Virus record (IMG/VR): IMGVR_UViG_3300008255_000098
Origin: a virus
Lineage: Duplodnaviria; Caudoviricetes
DNA length: 64,000 bases
Reading direction: 5' to 3' (one strand)
Shown: positions 38,816 to 51,403 of the stretch, one piece after another
Layout of the letters: each line of letters opens with the position of its first letter
How positions within the stretch are numbered: position 1 is the first letter of the stretch
Program-made: the position numbers and the translations under genes
Notes under the pieces: model-generated
Told to the model about the DNA's origin: nothing
Databases searched by the model: none
What the model saw: the letters and a program-made list of their open reading frames with translations, nothing else

Positions 38816-39118
38816 ATGGCGACGACTTTTACACAAGTTAAAATTGGAGAAGTTTTCACGGTTTTATTATTAGAGCATCCTAGCACAGGGTATGTTTGGA
38901 CTCTAAAAAATCCAAGTGAAGATATCATGTGTGAGGTTCAAATTAAGTTTGATGCATCTAATGGCTTTCAGAAAATTGGCGGGCTCGTTACCAAAATTTT
39001 TTCTTTGAGTCTTAAAAAAGCAGGCGAATTTGAACTCGTATTTACAAAAATACGGCCGTGGGAAAAAACTTCTAATCCAATTGAAGTACATATTGAGAAC
39101 ATAATGGCTAGAGAGTAA
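38816..39118 (+). CDS. Chagasin-like (I42) cysteine protease inhibitor
   Basis: LEHPSTGYVW and ..RPWE motifs. Confidence 0.75.
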   Translation: MATTFTQVKIGEVFTVLLLEHPSTGYVWTLKNPSEDIMCEVQIKFDASNGFQKIGGLVTKIFSLSLKKAGEFELVFTKIRPWEKTSNPIEVHIENIMARE

Positions 39119-39121
39119 AAT

Positions 39122-39421
39122 ATGTATAAAATATTTCCGATTGGTAAAAACATTGTTGTTTCTCCTATAGATTCGATAGAAGAAGTAAATGAAAACGATG
39201 TGTCAAAAATCATTGTACCAGATGACGCAAAAAATTCCAAGAATATTGGTAAAATAGTCAAAGTAGGTAACGAAGCGAAACTTGCTTTCGGCCTTCTGGA
39301 GGAAGGCGATGTAGTATTTTATCGACCTCATACAGGCGTTGAAATAGAAGTAGATGGTAAAAAATATCTAGTTGTCCACATGGAAATGTTATTAGCGGTA
39401 GTAAAAGATATAGACGATTAA
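39122..39421 (+). CDS. groS: GroES-like co-chaperonin
   Basis: PIGKNIVV, IIVPDDAK, GKIVKVG, GDVVFY..GVEIEVDGKKYLVV..LLAVV. Confidence 0.85.
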   Translation: MYKIFPIGKNIVVSPIDSIEEVNENDVSKIIVPDDAKNSKNIGKIVKVGNEAKLAFGLLEEGDVVFYRPHTGVEIEVDGKKYLVVHMEMLLAVVKDIDD

Positions 39422-42400
39422 TATGGCAAAACATAGCACTAAAAATACTGATTTACAGTTTGGAGAAGCGTATCGAACAACCAAGAAGACATCTTGGTCA
39501 AAATATGACAAGTATTTTACAGTAGTAGAAGTGCCAGAAGACGAATTGTTGCTTTTTAGAAGCTTTCTTCCGGTAAAAGGAAAACCAGGAGTTAGTTTAG
39601 CTTTATTTGTCTGGCTCAAGAAAAAAGAAACAATTTGTATGACAACAAGTGATACCGAGTGTATATTCTATGTCAAACATGTTGATTGGGAAGACAGGCA
39701 TATTTCCGTTATAACAAATCAAGTAATTGATGACAAGCCAAAAGAAGTAAATTAGTTGATAAAATGTCTTGGAGTACTACAAGTAATTTAATATTGGGAA
39801 AAAATAGAACATTATATTACCACAGCAGAAACAACTTATCAAAGTGCGAATGATAATATTTCGGGCGTGACTGCTGAATATTTCAATATCCCAGGAAAGT
39901 CTAGAAACAGGTTGGTGGAATGGATATTGCGCCGCTGTTTGTTCAAAATTTATTATTCTGTAATAATGGTATTTTTACAGAAATATTACAAGGTTTAGAA
40001 ACATGTGTTTGTCTGTTACACCTATGGAAAGGGAAAAAAAATGAGTAAAAATAGAAAACGTTTTTCATGTGGACACCGAGGTTTTGGCGCTTTTTGTCAC
40101 AGGTGTCAATTTATTGAGAAACTTGAACAAATGGTTGAGGCCGGGAAACAACTTGTTGGACATCACGGCGAAAATCGTAAATATAAGTGGTCTTTAACCA
40201 GTATGCGTGAAGAAATTAAACGTCTTCAGAAAAACGGACGTGGACAGTGAGCGGGGAAGAAGGCAAGCCCAATCGAGTTACATTTTTTCGGATAACCCCG
40301 CAACTTAAGACCTTCAAGGAAGGAACGGTTCTTAAGACAAAAATAGATTTATATTATTCAACAGAAGAAGATATCGTCGAAACGGGCGGGGAAGACAATT
40401 GGAGTCCACTGGCGGTCTTAGGTGGTGTCTTGGGTGGGGGGCAAGCAGGAAATCCCGCAGCGGGCACCGCCATGCCGCCGCCGAGTTTTTCGCAGTCAGC
40501 CGATTTCATTCACAAAGAAGCGACTGTTATGTTTGTAGAAGCAGCACAATTTCGAGCCAGTGACAGTAGAATTTATGTGCGAGCACATTTAATCTTTGGC
40601 GAAAAGGTTGTTTGGGTAAATGTATTACGAATTCCGCATCGCCGATGGAGCTATATGATTCGTGAAGAACAAAAAACTATAATTAAAGACGAAATTGAAA
40701 AAATGTTCGAAGTATTGTTGGAGTAAAAAATGGATGATTTTGATACAAAAGCACCGTCGTTGCAGTTAGATGCTGAATTCTTTTCCTCTTGGATGAAAAG
40801 AATGGACGAAGATGTTGCCCTTAGTTTTGTATTGTCAGGTCTTTCGTTAAATCGAAATAAAACTTTAGAGGCGTTTGACGTAGCTTGCCAAATAATGGAC
40901 ATAAGAACTAGTAATAAACTTAAATCAGAAAAGTTTTCCATAGATAAACAAAAAAGTGTCACAGAACTAGTTGAATCTTTATTAGCGTCAATAGATGCGA
41001 AAAAATTAGGAGCGAAAAAATGACAATTAAAAAAGCACCATATAAAGATTTACCATATCATTTAGTCGAAACAGATCCTGAAGTTCGATTTGAAAAAGAA
41101 ATAGGCCATCACCCGAAATCACGTGAAATTATAAATGCAATGATTTACATTGATAAACATTTCAATAATTTAGAATTTGACATTAGGGTTGGTGGAGACG
41201 GGGATTATGGAGAAAGTCTAATGTATTTGTTAGACGTGTATTTTGATGCTTTAGATGTTAAAACAACTAATAAGTAGGATAATATTATGACACAGGTGGT
41301 TTTTCTTTTTTCCTTATTACTGGCACTGTTTTCTTTTTCGATTTTTGGATTTAAGAAAATCGAAAAAGATCATGAAAAAGCAATCAAAAAAATTGGTGAA
41401 GATTATAAAGCAACAGTCAAAAAAATTGATGAAGATTTTGAACAAAGTCTTAAAAACCGAATAAAGAATTATAAAGCATCTATTGACGAACTTACTAAAG
41501 TGGCAGAAGGAAAAATTGAATTGTTAATTTTGGATCAAAAAGTTCCTCAGGATAAACTAAACTGATGTTTTTTATTAATTCGATTGATGGAGTTTGTGAA
41601 GCAAAAGAAAAACTTCAATCTGTTTTTATCAAAAAATATCCAGATAAAAATAATCAAATTAAGTTTTTTGTCAGCATTGACCCAGAAAATGGTGGATATA
41701 CAATTTTAGTGTCAATTAAAAACAAATCATTAGTTCCACGTTTTCCAGAAACAGTAAATGGCTATCGAGTCGTAATTGACGGCATAACGAAATTTTCAAT
41801 TCCTCCGTCGATGGATTATACGTGAACGACAGAAAATATGAAGAGTTAGAAGCCTGGGAAAAGGCTTTCGTAGATCTAAATGCAAAAATAGGCAACGATG
41901 CCTGGGGCGCACGATTAGAGGGCGACGGCGCAAAAGGATATAGGCTGCGTATTTTTGTTGAAAATAAACAAATTAAAGATATCGTTATGGTAGAAACTAT
42001 GGGGATAATTAGAGAGTTTCCTATTGTTTTTACCGAATATAGTCAAGAAGCGTACACACTACGAGAATCAATAAATTTAGAACAAGAAATTAGTGTTGAA
42101 AAGAAAACGGATAATACTAAATGAAAAATAAAATCGAAAAAATAGAAACTTGTCAAAGTTATATTGACGGAGAAGACTTTCTGTGTAGTTTTCCTGAAGA
42201 CATATTAGCAATGTCTGTAAAAAAGGACGAAAAGACATTTTATCATTCTGGAAATGAACTTTTTTGGGACCCTTGGCCAAGTGATATTAATGTTGAACGA
42301 CGTATTGGACCTTGGGTTTTGTTGAAAGAAGAGGGAAACTTACAATCCAAAGTTTTTGGCGAAAATGTTAGAGTAATAAGAAAACATGATGATAAAGTTT

Positions 42401-44293
42401 GGTATGTTTGGAGTTTTCATCACCGAGGTAAATTTTACCGTGATTTATTCTATGGCGAACTGATTTATGTCCCGCTTTATGGAAATGCGGAAAAAGAAAA
42501 AATTCAGGACCCTGATAAAGAAGTTATTACCAAGGTTTTTGGCAAAAATAGAAAATTTCCAAATAGTTATTTTATGTCCACAGAAAAAAACCGATATAAC
42601 CAAGCACTTATTGATCTGGAATGGTACCGAAAATTAGCAACAGCTAGAAAACGTAAGATTTCACTAGAAAATAAAAAGAAACTAGCAATTGTAAAAGGAA
42701 TTTCTTTGCAGGAACTTAATGTTGTTAAGAGAGAAGAAAAACAAAAAAAGAAACGTATTGCCCGCACACAACAATGGGTTACTGTTGCAAATGACGTGTA
42801 TTCAAGTTATGAGTTTTTACAAACTTTAATTAAAACAATGACGGATGACAGAGAATTTTCGCAAGAGTGGTTTGACGAGGGCAGAAGAAAAATGCGTGCG
42901 CTCTCAACCACATTACGACCCATGCGTACACATTTTCCGAAAAAAAGTAAAATTTTATGAGCGATTTTTGTTTGTTGCACATACATTACTATGTTAGTTG
43001 CTTAATATGCTAACGACAGAAGGAAAACTTATGGGAAAAATGCAAGTAACACTTACAGTGCAGACTGAAATAGAGTGTAGTGAAGTAAATTTAGAAGAAT
43101 ACCAAGAAAAACTTGATCTCCTTATTCAGGATTTAGAAGAAATGGATCTTAGAGTTGACGTGGAATCAGAAGTTCCGCTTTGGGAACAAAATGAGGAATA
43201 ACTTATATTAGATTTAAATTCTTGGATTTGTATTATAGTTGGAGAATAATAACGTGCCGCCGCCCATCAATGAGCAGCATAAAATTGCACGAGATGTTCT
43301 GCACTACTATGGAAAAATGGCTCAAAACTTTTACCGTTTACAATAACTTTTTTGTGTGTTATGTCTGCTGTGTTCGGATTGAGTTTCTGAAGCTCCCGAG
43401 AAAACATTATTTAGCAGAACAGAAAATAGGAAACAAATGAGTAGTGATGCAAGTGCGGAGTTAGTTTTTGGGTTAGACCTCGGTGACGACGACGACATTC
43501 CCGAATGGTTAGATAAAGTTCTAAGCTCCCAAAAGAATAAGGCTTTTAGGTTCAGTTATTACGGGTCTGGTGGCTGGGTGGGAACGGTGCTTGCCTTTGG
43601 ACCTTCTATGAGCGGCGAGGACTATGTGCAATGTGTGGACATAGATTTAAAGGACTACTCTGTAGAATTTTTAGAAACCTTACGGGCATTGCCTGGGTAT
43701 GAGCCACTGGAAAGCGAGACGCCACGTTGGCTTCTCTTAGCTAATTATAGTTGAACAAATAGAATATTACCTTGCGACCAGGAAAATTATTTTATTCCAT
43801 ATCAGGAATTACCGCTTGCCCTGTAGATAAGCCAGAAATTGCTAAAGCACGGCGCATGGGCACTAAAACTATATTGCCTTGGTATTTTGAAGATAATTTG
43901 TGGACTATTAAGCCAAAAGAAATATTTATAGTTTTGGCTGTAGGAGATGCCTGTCCTAAAACATATGTGGAATTTTATCGCATAAAATTCCCATGGCTTG
44001 TTCTCGCAGGAGAAAAAGTGGCACTAATAGAAACCTTGAATGAACAATTCACGGATGTAACTCCGTTTTGATATAACATATTTAGAATTATGAAGAGTTG
44101 TATTACGGCTAAAAAACTTTTACCGTTTACAATAATTTTTTTGTGTATTATATCTGTTGTGTTGTTTATAGTTCTTATTATGGGAACTTCACCACTTGGC
44201 ATTAGTTTGGTTATCGCCTTTGCCTTTTCAATCTTGATCGGATCTGCAATAATCGAATTTTTAAGCAGATTTATCTAACAAAAGGATTTTTAT

Positions 44294-45409
44294 ATGTCTA
44301 TGTTTTCAGTGTCCGTAGAAAAAGTAATAGTAGTTCCGCATCCTCACGCTGACAGACTTGAAGTTGTTCAAATAAATGGATATCAGTGTGTCGTTGGTAA
44401 AGACGAGTTCAAATCAGGAGATATAGTTGCATATATCCCTGAACAAGCCATAATTCCCCAAAATATCTTAGAAGAGATTGGACTTGTTGGCCGTCTTGCA
44501 GGGAAAGATAAAAACAGGGTGAAGTCTACGCAAATTAGAGGAGTTCTTTCCCAGGGAATTGTATATCCTGGCCGAGATTATTGGAAAATTGGCGATGACG
44601 TCACAGAAGAACTTGGAGTAGAAAAGTGGATGCCTCCAGTACCAGCAAAAATGGCTGGAGAAGTTTTTTCGGCCGGTGTCAATAGGACGGTTCACTATGA
44701 TATTGAAAACTTCAAAAAATTTCGGAATGTTCTTGTCGATGGCGAACCTGTGGTAATTACAGAAAAAATTCACGGAACATTCTTTTGTGCAGGTGTTATG
44801 CCTAATTTTATGGCACACCCAGAGTATGGAAAGTTAATTGTTACGAGCAAAGGGCTTGGAGCACGTGGTTTGGCATTTAAATATGATGCTGAAGCTAATG
44901 AAAATAATTTGTATGTTCGAGTTGCCCGGCATTATTCTTTAGAAAATAGGATTACTTCTATTTTCAGAAAGACTTTGTTTCCAACAGGACTTGTTGGCTC
45001 TGAAGAAGGTGAACCAGTGTTTGTCTTGGGAGAAATTTATGGTATACAGGATTTAAAATATGGGGCCAAAGTAGATAAAAATATAGATATCGGATTCAGA
45101 GTTTTTGATATCTATATAGGAGTTCCTGAGCGAGGGAGATTTTTAAGTGATTCCCAACTTGACAAGGCTTGCGCTGCTCTCGACCTTCCTAGAGTGCCAA
45201 TAATTTATCGTGGTCCATATTCGGCAAATATTCTTCAAGAGCACACAGACGGTCGGGAAACGGTCAGCGGCAAGGATTTACATATACGTGAGGGGATAGT
45301 AGTGAGAACGCAGATTGAGCGCACAGATAGCAAATTAGGAAGAGTTCAACTAAAGAGCGTTAGTGAAAAATATCTTTGCCGCCGTGGCGAAACAACGGAG
45401 TATAATTAA
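44294..45409 (+). CDS. RNA ligase (DRB0094-like, OB fold plus ligase domain)
   Basis: HPHADRLE, TEKIHGT, GEIYG, VFDI, REGIVV, LKSVS..YL. Confidence 0.88.
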   Translation: MSMFSVSVEKVIVVPHPHADRLEVVQINGYQCVVGKDEFKSGDIVAYIPEQAIIPQNILEEIGLVGRLAGKDKNRVKSTQIRGVLSQGIVYPGRDYWKIGDDVTEELGVEKWMPPVPAKMAGEVFSAGVNRTVHYDIENFKKFRNVLVDGEPVVITEKIHGTFFCAGVMPNFMAHPEYGKLIVTSKGLGARGLAFKYDAEANENNLYVRVARHYSLENRITSIFRKTLFPTGLVGSEEGEPVFVLGEIYGIQDLKYGAKVDKNIDIGFRVFDIYIGVPERGRFLSDSQLDKACAALDLPRVPIIYRGPYSANILQEHTDGRETVSGKDLHIREGIVVRTQIERTDSKLGRVQLKSVSEKYLCRRGETTEYN

Positions 45410-46483
45410 TGGGAGTTTCTAGAAACTGGTTTGCGTAGAGGTTTTTGAAGACCATACCGTAGACAAAACAATGTTTGCGGCAAAAATATTTTGAAAAATG
45501 GAAGTATGAATGGGAAACTTATTGTATATCTTGAAAAATTTCCGGGAGAATGAGAGAAAAGATGACTAAAAATTTACAAAGAATGGCCTTTATACCTGAA
45601 CTTGAAAGCAGGGTAGCTCTTGAAGAAGATTGGGGGTGTTCAATATTTAATGAGTATAGAAACTCTGGTATCTCTGAAGCAGATGGGCATGGAAAAATAA
45701 GTTTTTCTATTGGCGACGGTAAAAGTTTTTACGACAGAACTTTTCCAGCTGGAAGTGAATTTCTTGTGAAAAGAATTTACGTAAGAAGCGGTGCCACAGA
45801 ATATTCTAGCGTTACCTTAGCGGTAGTGAATACTACAGACCGAAATATTTCCAAGCTCAAAAAAGGTAATAAACTATATTGTAGATTTTGGGTTAAATTA
45901 GAAGATTTTAATAACGCAAAGTTTTTGATCAAACAAGATAAAACTATTTCTAAAACTCCAACGGAACATGCAAACAAGCCTGTAACGCTCGGGAGATACA
46001 AAAAGACAAAATCTGCAAATTATTATGTGAAATTTGTTCACCCTGATCCAGAGTTGTGTTTTGCTGGTAAGGTTAGCGGATTTAGAAATACAAAAAAATT
46101 TCTAGGAGAGCGGTGTCCAGATCTTGTCGCCGCTGGATGGGCAGAAAAAATAACAACTCAAACACATAATGATTCTTTATTCCCTTTTGTCAGCAGAACT
46201 GTAAATTATTATTCTTATACACCCAAAAAGATTTTTTCAACGACTATTCCTGATGACTGGGAAGAAAACCACAAAACTGAAAAGTACAGAGTAGAAAAAC
46301 TCAGTAATTGGATGAAATATCAAAAATATTTTTGTTATGACCACCCACTAAATGACGAAATTTTCATTCCCACAGACAAAGCAGAGCGAGTAAAACTTGG
46401 ACTTCTTACTGATAAATCGGAGTTAATTGATGTACCATTGGCTGGGGGGAAACTATCTATTTTTGACATAGAATTGAGGTAAA

Positions 46484-46930
46484 GTGCGTTTTATGAGCAA
46501 AAAAAAGTTAGCCGGTATAGAAAAAGAAGCACGTTCAGCATGTATGATTGTGTTAAATCCGAGTGGCGATGGGTCTATTTTAGCCATTACTAGGAAACAG
46601 GAATATGACAATATTGGTCTTCCAGGCGGAAAAATAGATACTGCCCTGGGGGAAAACTCTGCGGATGGTGCTGTCAGAGAGTGTTTTGAGGAGACAGGAA
46701 TACTTGTAGACAAAACTACTATTGTTCCAGTTGTGTGTCAGTTAGCTAAAACTTTAGTTTGTGTTACATATTTTGCGCCTAATATTATTGGTGGGAAACT
46801 TTTACCCGCAAATAAAGAGGGTACCCCAATGTGGGTTCACCCGCATATGTTGTTAAAAGATACTTGTGCGTACAAAAAATACAATATAGCAGTGTTTGAA
46901 AAGTTGATGAGTAAAAGTATTTTGTTTTGA
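46484..46930 (+). CDS. Nudix hydrolase
   Basis: GLPGGKID..GENSADGAVRECFEETG. Confidence 0.85.
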   Translation: MRFMSKKKLAGIEKEARSACMIVLNPSGDGSILAITRKQEYDNIGLPGGKIDTALGENSADGAVRECFEETGILVDKTTIVPVVCQLAKTLVCVTYFAPNIIGGKLLPANKEGTPMWVHPHMLLKDTCAYKKYNIAVFEKLMSKSILF

Positions 46931-47812
46931 ATGCAAAGCAGATAACGTGAACAAACACTTGTGAACTTTGTTATACCAGGTATAACATTGGAGAAATATC
47001 TAGTTCACTATGCTGCGAAATTGGTGGGAAAATATTTTAGGAAATAGAACTATTAATAATTGAGTAATTACAGGGTGTTAGGAACCTATTTACTTTTGTA
47101 GCTGTAAATGCCTGCAAAAAAACACACTGAACTCAAATATAAACCATTTGTTGGACGAATGTTTTCCATTCGTAAACATAAAACAATTACTGGATATCCT
47201 GTTACTCCAAATGTAAATCGTACAAAATATACTCACAAAGACTTTGGAGATATTGTTTTAATTTTTGATGAAACAAATACCCAAGTTAGGGTTACAGACC
47301 GAAATGGAAAAGTTGTCTGGATCCCAAAATTTTTCCTCCTTAGCGAAATTAAAAATAGTCAATTTCAAAAAATTGATACTATTACTGAGTTTGTAAACAA
47401 ATTTATTTCTTTATCTGTGGATGCTAAAGTTTTATTAGACAATGATATCGTAGATAAAAAAGAGCTATCTGATGTTCTAAATAAGTTAGAAGAAGAAATA
47501 AATAACCTTAGAAATTTTGCTGACGATTATAATCCAACATGTAAAAACAATTAGGTGTGAAAATTTATTAAAATTTTGTATCATCTTATTGAATAAGTAA
47601 GGATAAGTATGGAAATTATAAAGGTGTTAGATAAACTAGCAATAACGCTAACCCCAATAAACATTGTAGCGACAATACACATTGCTGGATATTGTTTCGC
47701 TATCGGGCACTATGTAATTGGGACATTATTATTATTCAATATACTAATAATGACAAACACATACAAAAATTCGTTGCACATTGTGGAATCAGCACAAAAG
47801 TGAGATTAAATT

Positions 47813-48370
47813 ATGACTTCTGGGAATGACAATAATTCAGCAGCACCATTTGACTTACAAATTTTATCACAAATTGCAAAAATGCCTGGTGGAGAGTCTT
47901 TTTTGTATAACAATCTTTGTGGTCGAGTAGGAATTGTTCTGAGTAAAGCTCATGTATGGGAAGGTCTAAAATTTAGTCTACTTCCTGCATCTGCGGGCAA
48001 AACTTGTTTATTTACTGCAAATTTAGTTTCTCATACTCACGGTCCTTCGCCATGGATGCCCGGTGAGGTAAATTTGTTTTTAGACGGGAAAAAACTTAGC
48101 ATATCACGCAAAGAAATAATGTTAATAAATCCAAATAAAAATTTGTTAAATCTTTCTTTTGTTTTTACTGGAATTATGCCCTATGAAAGAAACTTTTACA
48201 AAACCGTAACGGTATTAAAAGGTGGAAAATATAAAAATCAAATGTCAAAAAAAGTAGATTTTTTGGTCACTAACCAGCCTGCTGCAACAGGCAAATATTC
48301 TAAAGCTTTAGAATACGGTGTCCCAATAATTACCGAAAGTAAGTTCATGGCACTGGCCAGAAAAATCTAG
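47813..48370 (+). CDS. BRCT-domain protein
   Basis: FVFTG..KKVDFLVTN..GKYSKALEYGVPIITESKF, like the NAD-ligase BRCT domain. Confidence 0.8.
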   Translation: MTSGNDNNSAAPFDLQILSQIAKMPGGESFLYNNLCGRVGIVLSKAHVWEGLKFSLLPASAGKTCLFTANLVSHTHGPSPWMPGEVNLFLDGKKLSISRKEIMLINPNKNLLNLSFVFTGIMPYERNFYKTVTVLKGGKYKNQMSKKVDFLVTNQPAATGKYSKALEYGVPIITESKFMALARKI

Positions 48371-48412
48371 TCAAATAAGTTCAAAAACCTGTAAACGTGT
48401 GGTATACCGGGA

Positions 48413-48643
48413 ATGACAAAACTCGGAGATGCACTCATGACGATTACGTACGACTACTTTTGCAATGACTGTGAAAAAGAGTTCACAGCTGAACAATCCA
48501 TTAAAGATGAACCACTGACCAAGTGTCTTATTTGTGAAGGTAATGATGTCTTTCGCCTTCTTAGTAAAGATAGTACCTTTATATTAAAAGGCAGTGGTTG
48601 GTTTTCTGACCTTTATTCAACTCCAACAAATAAAAAAGAATAG
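48413..48643 (+). CDS. FmdB-family zinc-ribbon protein
   Basis: YDYFCNDC..F...QSIKD.PL..C..C..FILKGSGWF. Confidence 0.85.
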   Translation: MTKLGDALMTITYDYFCNDCEKEFTAEQSIKDEPLTKCLICEGNDVFRLLSKDSTFILKGSGWFSDLYSTPTNKKE

Positions 48644-48647
48644 TAAA

Positions 48648-49940
48648 ATGTTTAATCCTACACACAATACAAGTCAATGTATTCATATGTCTCCAGGCAA
48701 TAAGGTATCTATTGCTGGAAGAGTTGTATATTTTCGTAAGCACGGCGGGGTGTCTTTCGGAAAGGTTATAGACCAACACGGCAGCATCCAATTTTGTGTA
48801 CGAAAGGCCGAAACACCAGAACGGTATTTAGACTGGCGTAGTGAAATCAAGATAGGAGATATTGTTTATATTTCTGGGGAAACTTGGATTTCAGCCAGTG
48901 AAGAAAAGAGCGTATTGGTTACAGAAGATTTACAAATTTTACGACATTCCACACATCCTTTCCCGAACAAGGCAACAGGAATTGTGGACCCTGAAATAAA
49001 GATTCGTAAGAGGTATTTAGATATTATTACCAACCCCGAAGTTAAGAAGGTGTTTCAAACACGCTCTAAGATTGTATCTGAGATTCGTAGGTTTCTAGAG
49101 AGTTATGACTTTATGGAAATTGAAACGCCTGTGTTGCAAGTAAATGCATCAGGCGCTCAGGCAAAGCCGTTTTCAACGCACCACAATGCATATGATTCGG
49201 ACATGTATTTGCGTATTGCCCCTGAAACTTATTTAAAGCGTGCAGTAGCGGCATCTTTTGATCGAGTGTACGAAATTGGAAAGAACTTTCGTAACGAAGG
49301 TGTTGATAGTGCTCATTTGCCCGAATTTACATCGGTAGAATTTTATGCAGCTTATTGGGACTATAAGGATAACCTAAAGTTATTTCGAGAAATGTTGGCA
49401 GCGTTGCTGGAAACGGCGGGTCATGGTGGTGGTACTGTCGTGTTCCAAGATTCTATATATAATTTTAATGACATTGAATGTGTAACTTTTGAAGAGATTT
49501 TTCAAAAGTATGTCGGAAAGTCAACCGCAGAATTCCAAAACAAGGAAATTGATACAATTTTCAAGGAAAGGGTTCGTCCAAACCTTATACAGCCTATCTT
49601 TGTTTTGGACTATCCAGCATATATGAGCCCGCTTGCTCAACGGAGTCAGGATGGAAAGACGGTGGAACAATGGCAATTTATTGTAGGAGGGGCAGAGCTA
49701 GTAAAGTGTTATACTGAGTTGACTGACCCAATTTTACAAAGAAAGCTCCTAGAAGAACAGGTTGCCCAACGTGTTGGCGGCGATGACGAGGCTATGATGC
49801 TTGAAGAAGATTTTTTGGAAATGCTCGAATATGGCTGCCCGCCATGTAGTGGTCTTGGTCTTGGTATTGATAGGTTGGTGGCTCTCTTGACTAACCAAAC
49901 ATCCCTGCGGGATGTTGTACTTTTCCCCACAGTGTTCTAA
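48648..49940 (+). CDS. lysS: Lysyl-tRNA synthetase (class II)
   Basis: RKRYLDII, EIETPVLQ..GAQAKPF.TH, LRIAPETYLKR, FRNEG..HLPEFT, PPCSGLGLGIDRL. Confidence 0.95.
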   Translation: MFNPTHNTSQCIHMSPGNKVSIAGRVVYFRKHGGVSFGKVIDQHGSIQFCVRKAETPERYLDWRSEIKIGDIVYISGETWISASEEKSVLVTEDLQILRHSTHPFPNKATGIVDPEIKIRKRYLDIITNPEVKKVFQTRSKIVSEIRRFLESYDFMEIETPVLQVNASGAQAKPFSTHHNAYDSDMYLRIAPETYLKRAVAASFDRVYEIGKNFRNEGVDSAHLPEFTSVEFYAAYWDYKDNLKLFREMLAALLETAGHGGGTVVFQDSIYNFNDIECVTFEEIFQKYVGKSTAEFQNKEIDTIFKERVRPNLIQPIFVLDYPAYMSPLAQRSQDGKTVEQWQFIVGGAELVKCYTELTDPILQRKLLEEQVAQRVGGDDEAMMLEEDFLEMLEYGCPPCSGLGLGIDRLVALLTNQTSLRDVVLFPTVF

Positions 49941-50113
49941 GCAAAATAGTAAGTTACTATGAAAAAATAAATGTACAATATTCCAGTTCCAGCTCAGAAT
50001 TTTTACCGATTTGAGCACAAAAAATAGCTTTTTTAAAGAATGCGGTATACTTTTTTCAAAAAAATGTTACAACAAATTAGTCATTAGTCAATTTTAATTA
50101 GAAAGTCATTATA

Positions 50114-50686
50114 ATGAAGAAATATTTTTTGTTCGATTGTGAAACTGGCGGAATTGATAGGAATACAAGTTTATTAACACTGTTTGGAATGATTTTAGAT
50201 GAAAAACTAACAGTACAAGATACGATTAGTCTTAAAATTAAGCCAGATGACGGTGTTTATCATGTTAAAGCAGCCGGGCTCAAAGTCAACAAAATTAATT
50301 TAGTTGAACACGAAAAAGAAGCCACAACAGCTACGGAAGCAGCAAGAGAATTTGAAAACTTTATTTGTAAACACTCTTTAGGAGAAACAAAACTAATTCC
50401 TACCGGACATAATCTTTCATTAGATGTTGAATTTTGCAAGAGGAACTTCTTACGAGGAGACCAAGATGAAGGTGGAGGCTGGGATAAATTCTTCTCATAT
50501 CGCAGTTTAGATACTGCGACTTTAGCACATGGACTAATTTTAGCTGGCAAATTACCAGAAGATTTAGATTGCAGTCTGTCGTCATTAGCAAAATACTTTG
50601 AGATTGACTATTCAGGCGCACATAATGCAGAATTTGATGCTAAGCTTACTTTGGCGATTTTAATATTTCTTATTAAACTTATGTAA
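50114..50686 (+). CDS. DEDDh 3'-5' exonuclease
   Basis: FDCETGG, GHNLSLDVEF, LDT, AHNAEFD. Confidence 0.88.
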   Translation: MKKYFLFDCETGGIDRNTSLLTLFGMILDEKLTVQDTISLKIKPDDGVYHVKAAGLKVNKINLVEHEKEATTATEAAREFENFICKHSLGETKLIPTGHNLSLDVEFCKRNFLRGDQDEGGGWDKFFSYRSLDTATLAHGLILAGKLPEDLDCSLSSLAKYFEIDYSGAHNAEFDAKLTLAILIFLIKLM

Positions 50687-50719
50687 AATGACTGCCTATA
50701 CTTATTTAAAGGAAAATAT

Positions 50720-51403
50720 ATGAAATATCTTGTAGACGTCGATTCTAGAATAAACTTGGTAGAACCTGAAAAAAATATTGCAGCACCAGGATTTGTGGTA
50801 TTTAGTGGTCCTTTTACTGAGGACAGTGCAAAAAAGTTTCGTGAAGAGTTAGAGTCTGCTGAAGCGCACAGCAAACGCTCTGGACAAGAGATTATCCCTT
50901 TGGTAATTGATTCTTTTGGTGGTGGTGCATATGCGTTATTGTCAATGGTGGATACAATCAAAAATTGTAGTTTACCTGTCGCTACTATTGTAGAAGGAAA
51001 GGCGATGTCTTGTGGAGCAATATTGTTTTCTTGCGGCGCTGAGGGCCACAGATATGTTGGTCCTAATGCAACGGTTTTGATTCACGATGTAGCTTCTTTC
51101 GCCCATGGTAAAGAACCAGAAATTCGTGCTAGTGCAAATGAAGTAGACCGACTTAATAAAATTGTTTATAAACTTCTTGCGGAAAATTGTGGTCATGAAG
51201 AAAACTATTTTTATGACATTGTTGCAAACCATCGAGGTGCCGATATGTTTTTATCACCTGAAGATTGTGTTAAACACAATCTTTCCAATCACATTGGCAT
51301 ACCAGAAATAAATGTATCTATCAAAATGGATTATAGTTTTGGTCTTCCAGAACGAGTCGAGGTGAAGAAAAACAAAAACAAGAAAAAAAATAAAAACAAG
51401 TAA
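50720..51403 (+). CDS. clpP: ClpP-like protease
   Basis: IDSFGG, GKAMSCGA, PNATVLIH, FLSPEDC. Confidence 0.85.
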   Translation: MKYLVDVDSRINLVEPEKNIAAPGFVVFSGPFTEDSAKKFREELESAEAHSKRSGQEIIPLVIDSFGGGAYALLSMVDTIKNCSLPVATIVEGKAMSCGAILFSCGAEGHRYVGPNATVLIHDVASFAHGKEPEIRASANEVDRLNKIVYKLLAENCGHEENYFYDIVANHRGADMFLSPEDCVKHNLSNHIGIPEINVSIKMDYSFGLPERVEVKKNKNKKKNKNK

